Assembly: GCA_019244185.1 (NCBI GenBank)
Contig: JAFATB010000025.1
Location: forward strand, 320,001-384,000
Length of the DNA: 64,000 bases
DNA from: Acidobacteriota bacterium
GTDB taxonomy: Bacteria; Acidobacteriota; Thermoanaerobaculia; Gp7-AA8
Reading direction: 5' to 3'
A program made the position numbers and the translations under genes. Positions 1 to 9,298 of this stretch are shown one piece after another. How positions within the stretch are numbered: position 1 is the first letter of the stretch; each line of letters begins with the position of its first letter. The notes beneath the pieces were generated by a model. The model searched no databases. It saw only the letters and a list, made by a program, of their open reading frames with translations, and was not told the origin of the DNA.

Positions 1-1
1 C

Positions 2-3000
2 CTGGAGCCGGCTCGTCGTGTTGTCGACCGTGTACTTCATCGTGCCGCGCTGCTTGAGGTTGCCGAAGCCGTCGTAGGTATAGGTTTCCGACAGCGAGCC
101 GACGGTGGCATTCGCGAGCCGCAGCGCTTTGTCGTACTGAAAGGAATCACTGTTGCCGATCTTCGAGATGTTGCCGGCGCCGTCGTAGGCATAGAGCCCC
201 GTATCGGAGGAGCCGTTTTTCCAGTGCCAGACGATCTGGCCGACGCGCGCCAGCTTCGCGTCGCTCTCGAGCGAGATCTCGTCGTGGACGTCCACGCTGG
301 CGAACTGCACGCTCTTGCGCAGGCCGTTGAGGTAATACGCGAGCGTGGCCCGCGGCGTATGCGCCGCGCCCTCATTGACGTCCGTCAGCACGTCGGCCGT
401 GTAGCCGTAGTTGATGAAACGCGGTGCGGCGTCCGAGAACGGTGTCGGGTAGTCGATGCGCGTCAGGTTGCCGCGAGCGTCGTAGTCGTACTTGACCGTT
501 CCGCTGAGGAACGTCGTTTCGGCGCCGCCGGCGACCTTCGACATCGACGTCGTCACCTGCGTCAGCATCCCGCAGCGCGCGCTGCCGGGGCTGCACGGGT
601 CGTACGCGTAGGCGCTGCCAACCACGTACGTCGCGGGGCTCGCGGTCGCGGCCGGATCCTTGACGTAGTTGTAGCGGGAAGCGGCAGCGAGCTGATTGCG
701 CGAACCGGAGGGATCGTCGTTGGTGAAGTAATCGAAATGCTTGAGGAGCGGCGCGTTGCCTCGCGGCGTCGCCGCCGGCTGCCACACGTCGCGCAGCCGC
801 TCGGCGCGGTCGTACGCCATGCGCAAACTCCACGGATTCAGCGACGGCAGCGTCGCCCCGCCGCCCGACCACGCGTAATCCACCGCCGTGACATGCCCGC
901 GCGCGTCGTACTGGCTCTTGATGAGCACCTGGCCGTTCGGCCCGCGCATTTCAGGATCGGTTTCGCTGGTGAGGAAGCCGCGCCCGTCGTGATCGAAGCG
1001 CCGCGTCTGCGTGTCGGGCGAGTGTGTAACGGGATTGTCTTCGGTGGCGGTCAGCGTGGCGACGGTGAGATTCGACAGTGCGTCGTAGCTATATTCCGCG
1101 CGCACGGCGCCGTCGTTCGCGCGGAACAGGCGGCCGAAGGAGTCGAGATCGTGCGACATCTGCACGTCGTGCGGATTGCCGCTTCCTCCATTGCCGGCCG
1201 CGAGCTCGACGTCGTGCATCAGCGTGACCGCGCCCCGCCCGCCCACATACGTCGTGTCCGTAATGTGGCCGTCGGCACGGCGCACGCTCTTCTCGCGGTC
1301 CAACGCGTCATAGGAATGCTTGTTCGAGCGCGTGGCCTGGGGCAGAAGCTCCTCCAGGACTTTGCCCGTCGCCGTGTAGGTGAGCGTCGTCTCCGCTGGG
1401 CCGGTCGGCGTATCGCGGAGGGTGGACTTCAGGCGTCCCAGATCGTCATACGTAAAGTACGAGGCCGCGCCGCCGGAGCGCGCGACGGACAACTGATTGA
1501 TGCCTCCCGTGCCGGTTTTGCTTTTGTAGCCATAGGTCTGCGGCGTGGCCGCGCCGGGAGGCGTCACGGTCGTCACGCGTCCCAATGCATCGTACGCGTA
1601 GCCGGTCGTCAGGCCGGACGCGCCCGTCATCGACGAGGCGAGCCCGGAGCCGTGGTCGATGACGGCGCTGCTGCTCTGTACGTACGTGCCGGTACCGCAG
1701 CCGCGATATTCCGTCAGCGCGGGGCTGCCGTAACGGAGTGTCGTCTCCAGCGCATAGTCGCTGGTGACGCCCTGTCCGACCGCAATCTGCCCGCCGGACC
1801 ACGCGCATTCACCGCTTGCCGCGGTGCAGAGACCTCCGCCGTCGCCGCCGTAATCCTCCTCGCGCGTGACCACTTCGTAAACGCTGCCGGGCGCGGCCGG
1901 GCCGCGGCGCGTGTACACGGTCAGCAGATCGTCCGCGCCATCGGGCACGTCCACGTCGCGCAGCGACGGGATCTCTCCTTGTGCGTTGGGAAGCAGCCAC
2001 ACCGAATTCGTGAGACTGCTTTCCTTCAGGCGACGCGTAGCTTTGAGATAGCCGCGCGTCTTGTCGTACAGCGTATGCGTACTGCCGATGCGGCCGTTCT
2101 CGATGATTTTCGTGCGGGACGAGAGCTCGATGAGCCACGCATGCAGACGGTCCGGCATGCCCGTGGGATTGTTCGCGTCCGGCTGCCACGTCACGTCGGG
2201 GTTGTAGAACGTGTACTCGCCGCGCATGTCGAAGTCGCCGCTGTCGGGATGCCCCTTGGCGGCCGCGCGAAAATTGCCGTAGCTGTTCGTCTGGCGGAAG
2301 TGACCGAGGCCGTCGAAATCCGAGAACATCGCCTCGGTGAACGGGATCTGCGTGGTGTTGTTGAAGGCGACCGTCGACGGGTCATCGAAATAACGCGTGT
2401 GCTCGCTGGTCTCGCGCAGGTTGATCTGGCGGCAGTCGGACGGCAGCATGTCGCCGCCGCATTCGTAGGCGCTCTCCTCGAAGTTTGCGTACTTCGCGCG
2501 CAGTTTGGTCGCGGTCGTCGCGTCTTCGTTGTCGCGGCGATACGTCCGGAAGAGCCTGCGCACGGCGTCGCTCAGATCGGTGACGAAGGGCGACGTCGCG
2601 GCCATGCTGACCGAATACGTCTCGGATGACAGATAACGCGCCGTTTGCGATTGATCGTGGCGCTGCACGGTGTCGACCTTTTCCAGATCGGGCGAGAACG
2701 GTGCGCCGTACCACTGCAGGCCGTAATCGACGTTGTGATAGTTGATCGTCAGGAGGCCGTTCGGATCGAGGGCGGTCGCCAGGAACTCCACCGGCGAGCG
2801 GCACAAGAGCGGCTCGCCCAGGTCCCATTGGCCATTGTGGTTCGTGTCGCTGTCGTCCCAGCCATCGTGGTTCGTGTCGATGAACCACTTGAAGTAGCCT
2901 TGTCCGGAATAGCGCCAAGTCGCTTTCACGGAGCCGTCAGCGTCGATCTCCTCGCGTTTTGCGACTCCGAGGACGGTGCCGCCGCCGTAGGACCCGGCAT

Positions 3001-4387
3001 CGCGTGCGTGTCCGCCGCAGAGGCGGATCGGCGTGCCGCGGCCTTCGTATGCATATTGATATCCGCCGCCGGTCGGCGCCTTGACGGAACGTAATGCTCC
3101 CGCGAGACGGCTGGTGGGATACGAATACCCGTTGGGACACGGCGTGGTGCTGTTCCAGTTCGGCGCCGTACAGTAGGTATACGAGATACCGTCGCCGTCG
3201 CTCGTGCTGCCGGGGTAATAGTCGAACTGCCATTTGCCCGCGCCTTCGGGCAGCGTCATCGACTGCAGCATCTGGAACGTGGTGGTGTGCGACGGGACGT
3301 TGTACGGAAACAGGAGCCCGTCTTTCGTCCACGGCAGGACCGTCGCCCGCAGCATGTTGACGGGCGTGTAGTCGAAGCTGAAAACCATCGAATCGTCACC
3401 CTGCGGGCCCGCCAGTTCCGCGCGCACCAGCCGCTCGCCGATCCATGGATACGGCGTCTGCCGGTAGTCGCCGTAGATGTCGAACACCAGCCGGTGCTGC
3501 CGGTTGACGAGGAGGGACGTCCGTTCCCCGGAGGAGCCGTGGTAATACGGATCGTCGCGCGTTTCCGCATCGGGCAGCGTGCCCTCGACGAACGTCCAGA
3601 TCCATTGTCCCGATGCCGGCCGCGTGTCCGAGCTGCGCTCGACCACCAGCACGTTGCCGAACGAGTCGGAAATCCAGCGAAGGATCCACTGTGCCTTCGC
3701 CTGGCCGCAGGCGCTCACGCACGAGAAGTGTTTGACGGTGCCGTTCGGGAAATCGATTTCGCGCTCGTTCGTATCGCCGCCGACTTTGCGCAGGCGGAGG
3801 TAGCTGCCGTCCTGCGTGAAGGACGCGCCGACGTCATTGAAGCTCGTCGAGTGCATGGACGGCTTGAACTCATGCTCGGCGCCGTCCGCCTCGGTGTACG
3901 TGCCGCTGAGATAGCCCTCCGGCACCGACACGGCGCCGAAACTGCCGAACCCGACGTTCCAGCCGACACCCGCGTTTCCCATCGGCACGGGCTCTGACCC
4001 GCCGTAATCGCTGGACGGCGCGTCGAGCGAAAACGTCGTCGTCTCGCGCACGGCCATCCAGCGGTGGCTGCCGGAGGCCGTGACGGTGTCGACGATCGTC
4101 GTGGTGTAGGAACTGGGCGCGGTATCGATGCCGTGCCAGTCGATGAACGCCCATACGGCGCGGGAATGCTGGAGCGAGAACTGATACGAGAGCGAGCCGT
4201 TCGTCTTGTACTTCGGTCCGATGGGGATATTGACATTGAGCTCGCCGCTATAGAGGTTCACGTTGTCGAACGGCGACACCTGATACGCGGTGTTCGGCTG
4301 AAAACCGTGCGCGAGAATCGTGTCGACGCCCGCGTGCAGCGGGGCCGCCAGGAGCAACATCCACAACAGCAGCACCGCGCGCTTCAT
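2..4387 (-). CDS. RHS/YD-repeat protein with signal peptide (3' end beyond the left edge)
   Basis: Not in the ORF track because its stop lies outside the window. ATG at 4387 overlaps the upstream TGA (ATGA). N-terminus MKRAVLLLLWMLLLAAPLHAG, then DNVNLYSGELNVNIPIG (RHS-type start). YD repeats: YDARGHVTAV, YDYDARGNLTRIDYP, YAYDGAGNISKIG, YTYDGFGNL. Confidence 0.85.
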   Translation of the reverse strand, partial: MKRAVLLLWMLLLAAPLHAGVDTILAHGFQPNTAYQVSPFDNVNLYSGELNVNIPIGPKYKTNGSLSYQFSLQHSRAVWAFIDWHGIDTAPSSYTTTIVDTVTASGSHRWMAVRETTTFSLDAPSSDYGGSEPVPMGNAGVGWNVGFGSFGAVSVPEGYLSGTYTEADGAEHEFKPSMHSTSFNDVGASFTQDGSYLRLRKVGGDTNEREIDFPNGTVKHFSCVSACGQAKAQWILRWISDSFGNVLVVERSSDTRPASGQWIWTFVEGTLPDAETRDDPYYHGSSGERTSLLVNRQHRLVFDIYGDYRQTPYPWIGERLVRAELAGPQGDDSMVFSFDYTPVNMLRATVLPWTKDGLLFPYNVPSHTTTFQMLQSMTLPEGAGKWQFDYYPGSTSDGDGISYTYCTAPNWNSTTPCPNGYSYPTSRLAGALRSVKAPTGGGYQYAYEGRGTPIRLCGGHARDAGSYGGGTVLGVAKREEIDADGSVKATWRYSGQGYFKWFIDTNHDGWDDSDTNHNGQWDLGEPLLCRSPVEFLATALDPNGLLTINYHNVDYGLQWYGAPFSPDLEKVDTVQRHDQSQTARYLSSETYSVSMAATSPFVTDLSDAVRRLFRTYRRDNEDATTATKLRAKYANFEESAYECGGDMLPSDCRQINLRETSEHTRYFDDPSTVAFNNTTQIPFTEAMFSDFDGLGHFRQTNSYGNFRAAAKGHPDSGDFDMRGEYTFYNPDVTWQPDANNPTGMPDRLHAWLIELSSRTKIIENGRIGSTHTLYDKTRGYLKATRRLKESSLTNSVWLLPNAQGEIPSLRDVDVPDGADDLLTVYTRRGPAAPGSVYEVVTREEDYGGDGGGLCTAASGECAWSGGQIAVGQGVTSDYALETTLRYGSPALTEYRGCGTGTYVQSSSAVIDHGSGLASSMTGASGLTTGYAYDALGRVTTVTPPGAATPQTYGYKSKTGTGGINQLSVARSGGAASYFTYDDLGRLKSTLRDTPTGPAETTLTYTATGKVLEELLPQATRSNKHSYDALDREKSVRRADGHITDTTYVGGRGAVTLMHDVELAAGNGGSGNPHDVQMSHDLDSFGRLFRANDGAVRAEYSYDALSNLTVATLTATEDNPVTHSPDTQTRRFDHDGRGFLTSETDPEMRGPNGQVLIKSQYDARGHVTAVDYAWSGGGATLPSLNPWSLRMAYDRAERLRDVWQPAATPRGNAPLLKHFDYFTNDDPSGSRNQLAAASRYNYVKDPAATASPATYVVGSAYAYDPCSPGSARCGMLTQVTTSMSKVAGGAETTFLSGTVKYDYDARGNLTRIDYPTPFSDAAPRFINYGYTADVLTDVNEGAAHTPRATLAYYLNGLRKSVQFASVDVHDEISLESDAKLARVGQIVWHWKNGSSDTGLYAYDGAGNISKIGNSDSFQYDKALRLANATVGSLSETYTYDGFGNLKQRGTMKYTVDNTTSRLQ

Positions 4388-7300
4388 CGCGAGGCCTCCG
4401 TTGCCGCGTCCGTATGTGCTTTGGCTCTGGCCGCGTACATGATCGAGTCCGGCTGCTGGAGCGCCGCCGAGGTGTCATAGGCGCGGAAGGTGGTCACGAT
4501 GCCGACCCACGAGCCGGTGCCGCCCGCGGAGACGGTATGTCCGTAGGCGCCGAGGGACGTGACCATGCGCTCGTGGACTGCGGTGGTCAGGATGTTGCCG
4601 GCGACGGTCTCGGCGATTTCCGTGAAGCCGTTGGTGGGCGACGAGAAGCTCGTATTGGCGGACGTCGCGATCGCGGTGACGACCACTTCCTTCGACTGGT
4701 AGGTCTGCGTCGTCAGGCCGCTCGAGAGCGTGCCGGACGAGGTCGCGGCGCCGTCGAGCGCGGTGCGATCCTCGGGCGACGCGGCGGCCATGTTGAGGTA
4801 TTCGATCAGCTGCAGGGTCTGGTCGCGATAATTGCCGATCGTGAACGTCTCCGTCGTCCTCCCGGCCGGACTGTTGGCGTAGTAGTACATCGACGTCTTG
4901 ACGTTGTTCCACTCGTACGTATTGGCCAGCTGCCAGCCCGCCGGCACCGTGTAGTTGCCGATCGGATAGCTGTTGTTCGAGGCGGAGACGACCGCCACGA
5001 GCAGCGAGCCGGCGCGCGTCGCCTTCGGCCATGTGCCCGTAATGGCCAGTTGCGAGTTCGCGCTGAACGCGGCGGTCTGCCGGTTCTTCATCTGGGACGT
5101 CACGGTGATCGTCGCCGTGGCGCTGCGCGCGAAGTAATTCGGATTACAGCCGCTCGTCACTTTCACCCAGTACGAGGTGGTCGTATTGAGCCCGCCGGTC
5201 GAATAGGTATCCGACGTCGCGCCCGTAATCGCCACGCTGGCCGGATCACCGCTGATTCCGCGGTACCACTGATAGAGGTAGTTGCCGTCGCCGGAGACCG
5301 TCACCCGCAGCGTCGACGAGCCTCCGGGCGAGGTGGAGTCCGACGACGGCGAGGTCACGACGAAGGGCGACTTGCAGACATAGACCTGCGCGACCGCGCT
5401 GTCGCTATAAAGGCCGCACGAATTCGAGACGCGCACGAAGTACGTCGTGGTCGAGGACGGATTCGCGTAATAGCTGCCGGTCGTCGCGCCGCTGATCAGC
5501 GTCGCGTTCTGCGGCGTGCCGGAGTACCACTGGTAGCTGATGTCGCCGTCACCCGACGCGGCGACGGTGAGGTTCGTCGACTCGCCGTAGTTGATCGTTC
5601 GCGACGTCGGCGAGCTGGTGACCGACGGCGTATGCGTGCAGACGTCGAGCGGCACGCTCCGCGTCGTATTGAGATAGGTCGCATTGATCTGCACCGGTGT
5701 GCGCGAAGCAACGACGCCGGGTGCGACGAGGAAGTTTACGGCGGTCTGATTGGCGCCGAGGGTCACGGTCGCCGGCACGTTCGCTGCGGACGTGTTGTCG
5801 GTCGACAGCGGGATCGCGACGGCACTCGTCGGCGCGACACTGACGGTGAGCGTGGCCGTGGTGGTGCTGCCCATCGACAATTTCGCCGGATTGAAGGTGA
5901 TGCCGGCGATCGGCGCCGGGAACGTGTGCGACGGCACGACGTCGTAATTCAGCGGCGCCGGACAGGCGCGCGTGTCGATGCCGTTGCCCATCATGCGCGT
6001 GATGAACACCGCCGCCTGCGCGCGGTCGACGAGATCGGAGGGACAGAACTGATACGGTCCGCAGCCGATGCTCACGCCGCGGTTCTTGACGTCGCTGATC
6101 CAGTTCGCGGCCCAATACGACGGGCACGGGACGTCCGAGAAATCATTGCCGCACGCGGGCGACGCATAGGACGGCCCGAGTTTGGTCCGCAGGACGAAGA
6201 TCGCCAGCTCGGCGCGCGTCAGCGTCTGATCGGGTGAATACGCGCCGCCGCCGGTGCCGGAGGTCAGGCCTTCTGCTTTCAGCTGCCCGATCCAGGTGGC
6301 GTATGCGTTCGTGCACGGCACGTCCGTGAACGGACCGGCTCCCGTGCACGCCGGCGGCTGGTATGTCGCGCCGTGTTCCGCCACGAGGAGCCACTTCGCG
6401 ATTTCGGCGCGCGTGAGGTTCGTCTGCGGGCAGAACTGCAGATGCGGGCTGCAGGCCGTGGCAACCCCGTTGTGCAGGACGGACTCGACGCTGCCGTACG
6501 CCCAGTGGCTCACCGGCACGTCGATGAAGCTCGAGCCGACGTGAATGGTCACGGGGCTGCCGGGCGTCGCCACTCCGTTCGACAGATACGTCTCGCGGAA
6601 CGTGATGTCATTGTGCGGCTGGCCGTTGCGGATGCCGGGGCTGGCCACGCGTAACGCGTAGCAGCGTCCGGCGGTCCAGCAATCCGAAATTCCGCTGGAA
6701 ATGTCGTAGCTCTGAACGGAGTCGACCAGCGTCGGGGCCGCGTAATACGAGTCCGTCGTGGTGAGGTTCCCTGCCGTCACCGCGACCAGCGTCGTGGACG
6801 CGGTCGTCCGCCACTGCGGCTCGACGACGACCGTCTCTCCCGGTTCGACGATGCCATTGAGATTGCCGTTGGTCGTGTTCCACGCCGAATTCGCGTACCA
6901 CGACTGCACGTGCGCGTCGACGAGCACGCCGCCCGCTTTCGCCGCGACCATCGGCCCCACGGGTACGGTCTGGTGCGCGCTGCCCGGTAATCCCGCGTCG
7001 TCGATCGTAGTGAGAGTGGCGTTGTAGCAGCCGGCCGCCGCGTATTGCTTCGTCGCGGTCGCCGTCGTCGCGGTCGTGTTGTCGCCGAAGTTCCAGTTCC
7101 ACGCCGTGATCTGGCCGTCGTCTTTGGAAGCCTCGCTGCCGAACGTGCAGTCCCGAACCTTACAGTTGACGCGGATGGCCGGAACGGGCGGCGTGTTCGA
7201 CACCACCACGTCCTGCGTGGCCGTCCCTTCCATGCCGTCCGCATCGCGCACGCTCGCGGCGACGCGATATGTGCCCGTCTTCGCAAACGTATGCTGCACG

Positions 7301-8481
7301 AAGGTATAGGGATTCTGCGTGTCGGTCTCGTTGTAGATCGTCCCGTCGCCGAAATCCCACGTAATACCGCTCCATGGGAACGGGCCGTCGTCCACAATGC
7401 GGCGCGTGAACGTGTAATCGCGACGGTTCGGGTCGGTCCGCGCGATGTCCATGGTCACGGTCGGACTGCTATTCGTCGCCACGACCGGGATCTGGAAGTC
7501 GGTCGGATCGTCGAAGTGCGTGCCGGGATTCCCATCGTCCGGCGGCTGATAGCGCAGCGTGGCGATGTACGTTCCGCTGCGCGCATAGAAGGTCCACGTA
7601 CGGCACGTGGTCGGACAGAGGCCGAGGGGGACGAAATTGAGCAGCGTCGGAGAGTTGCCGCAGCCGAGGTTGTAGCCGCGCGGCAACTGTGGCGGCACCG
7701 CGCAATCGGTGGAGACGGGGCTCCAGTTCATGTAAATCTGCGTTCCCGGCGGGAAGGTATCGAGGCCGCCGATGGTGATGGCCGGCGCGATACCGCCGTT
7801 CGGCTCGAGCGTCCACTGTCCCTGCCGGCCATACGCCACCTGGACGTCGACGCGGCCCGTGAGACTCTCGCCCGAGTAGTAATCGACCGTGCAGGAGACG
7901 CGATAGAGCCCGTCGATCGAATACACGTGCAGTTCGTTGGCGCGGTAGACGTAGCCGGGCAGGATCGGCTGCCAGTGATCGCCGAAGTCCCACGTGTACG
8001 ACTTGATGCCGGTGGTGACCTTCGGCGCCGCCGCGAAACGACAGACGCCGTTCGTGCACGAGTACGTGATCGTCACATCGCCCGATGGCGCGTGCACGTA
8101 CACGGTCGCCTCGGACGTCGTGCCCGGCTGGTTCGTGTCCGTGATCTGGTATTTGAACGTGTAGTCGGCCAGCGTCTGCGGGGGCAGGTAACTGATCGAC
8201 TTCTTGTCGTCGCTGATCGAAACGGTCCCGATCTGCGGCTGGCCCGGCGTCACGCCGGTGATCTCGAGATTTCCTGACGGATCGACAATGTCGTTCTGCA
8301 GCACCGGGATCGTGATCCGCTGGTTCGGCGCGCTCACGAACGCGGCGTCGTCGACCGCGCCGGGCGCGATCTGCGCGAAGTGTCCGCCGCCGCAGTAATT
8401 CGTATTGACCGCGGCACCACCACCCGTCGAAACAAGACTCAGCATCAGAATGAACACACCAAGGACACGCTTCATCGTCAT
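4384..8481 (-). CDS. Secreted multidomain surface protein: Ig-like, PKD repeats, S-layer homology domains, Ig domains
   Basis: Signal peptide; PKD motifs WDFGD/WNFGD; SLH-like FIDVPVSHWAY, FCPQTNLTRAEIA, LTRAELAIFVLR; Ig-like YQWY..G repeats. Confidence 0.85.
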   Translation of the reverse strand: MTMKRVLGVFILMLSLVSTGGGAAVNTNYCGGGHFAQIAPGAVDDAAFVSAPNQRITIPVLQNDIVDPSGNLEITGVTPGQPQIGTVSISDDKKSISYLPPQTLADYTFKYQITDTNQPGTTSEATVYVHAPSGDVTITYSCTNGVCRFAAAPKVTTGIKSYTWDFGDHWQPILPGYVYRANELHVYSIDGLYRVSCTVDYYSGESLTGRVDVQVAYGRQGQWTLEPNGGIAPAITIGGLDTFPPGTQIYMNWSPVSTDCAVPPQLPRGYNLGCGNSPTLLNFVPLGLCPTTCRTWTFYARSGTYIATLRYQPPDDGNPGTHFDDPTDFQIPVVATNSSPTVTMDIARTDPNRRDYTFTRRIVDDGPFPWSGITWDFGDGTIYNETDTQNPYTFVQHTFAKTGTYRVAASVRDADGMEGTATQDVVVSNTPPVPAIRVNCKVRDCTFGSEASKDDGQITAWNWNFGDNTTATTATATKQYAAAGCYNATLTTIDDAGLPGSAHQTVPVGPMVAAKAGGVLVDAHVQSWYANSAWNTTNGNLNGIVEPGETVVVEPQWRTTASTTLVAVTAGNLTTTDSYYAAPTLVDSVQSYDISSGISDCWTAGRCYALRVASPGIRNGQPHNDITFRETYLSNGVATPGSPVTIHVGSSFIDVPVSHWAYGSVESVLHNGVATACSPHLQFCPQTNLTRAEIAKWLLVAEHGATYQPPACTGAGPFTDVPCTNAYATWIGQLKAEGLTSGTGGGAYSPDQTLTRAELAIFVLRTKLGPSYASPACGNDFSDVPCPSYWAANWISDVKNRGVSIGCGPYQFCPSDLVDRAQAAVFITRMMGNGIDTRACPAPLNYDVVPSHTFPAPIAGITFNPAKLSMGSTTTATLTVSVAPTSAVAIPLSTDNTSAANVPATVTLGANQTAVNFLVAPGVVASRTPVQINATYLNTTRSVPLDVCTHTPSVTSSPTSRTINYGESTNLTVAASGDGDISYQWYSGTPQNATLISGATTGSYYANPSSTTTYFVRVSNSCGLYSDSAVAQVYVCKSPFVVTSPSSDSTSPGGSSTLRVTVSGDGNYLYQWYRGISGDPASVAITGATSDTYSTGGLNTTTSYWVKVTSGCNPNYFARSATATITVTSQMKNRQTAAFSANSQLAITGTWPKATRAGSLLVAVVSASNNSYPIGNYTVPAGWQLANTYEWNNVKTSMYYYANSPAGRTTETFTIGNYRDQTLQLIEYLNMAAASPEDRTALDGAATSSGTLSSGLTTQTYQSKEVVVTAIATSANTSFSSPTNGFTEIAETVAGNILTTAVHERMVTSLGAYGHTVSAGGTGSWVGIVTTFRAYDTSAALQQPDSIMYAARAKAHTDAATEASR

Positions 8482-8691
8482 CCTCCCGCGTGGTGGACCT
8501 ATGGACGTTTGTCTGGATGGATTGCCATCCGTCGATGCGCCACAATGAGGCGCAACGGGTGAGCTCGTCGAAGGTGTTGTGACGAATCAGCCGGATGTAG
8601 CCGCCGGTCCGCCGTTTCGCGTGACGAGCGGGAACGGCCCGGCAATGCAGACGGCCGCGAGCCCATCGAACGCCGTGCTATCGTCGGCGCG

Positions 8692-9246
8692 ATGAAGCAC
8701 GTCGTCCTCGCGCTCCTCGCCTTCGCCGCCCTCGCGTGCTCGCAGGAGCAGCCGGCCGTCACCGGCACGGTCGACACGCGGGAGCCGATCCGCGTGTCGT
8801 ACGTCGGCGCGCCTGAGCTGCCGGTGCATGCGAAGGCGGACGATCAGTCCGAGGTCATCGCGACGTATCAGAACGGCGAGGCGATGTCGGTGCTCTCGGA
8901 GAAAGGCGACTGGGTCGAGGTGCGCAGCGGCGACGGCTCGGGATGGGCGCACAAGACCGATCTCACGACCGCCGAAGCGAAGCGCTCGGCGGAGGAGAAC
9001 CCGGAGCCGAAGTTCCGGATCATGCCGCTCCCCGTCTCCGCGCCAGGCGCGCACGGCGAGGTCTACATCGAGGCGGACGTGAACACCGACGGCGACGTCA
9101 CCGCCACGCGCCTCATCAGCAACAGCACCGGCTCGACCGCGCTCGCGGCGCAGAACGAGAACGCGCTCAAGAGCGCGAAGTTCTACCCGATCATCGTCCG
9201 CAACGAACGGCGCGCGTTCAAGTACTACCACCGCGTGAGTTATTGA
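8692..9246 (+). CDS. Lipoprotein with SH3b domain and TonB C-terminal-like domain
   Basis: Lipobox AALAC; SH3b motif GDWVEVRSGDGSGW; TonB_C-like GEVYIEADVNTDGDV...ALKSAKFYP. Confidence 0.7.
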   Translation: MKHVVLALLAFAALACSQEQPAVTGTVDTREPIRVSYVGAPELPVHAKADDQSEVIATYQNGEAMSVLSEKGDWVEVRSGDGSGWAHKTDLTTAEAKRSAEENPEPKFRIMPLPVSAPGAHGEVYIEADVNTDGDVTATRLISNSTGSTALAAQNENALKSAKFYPIIVRNERRAFKYYHRVSY

Positions 9247-9298
9247 GGTAGGGAAAGCAGGCGTCCGCGGCACTCCTTCTTTCAGGAGGACCGCATCC

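Noticed and set aside
224-2629. 801-aa plus-strand ORF
   Set aside because: Antisense shadow of the RHS gene, expected in high-GC DNA.
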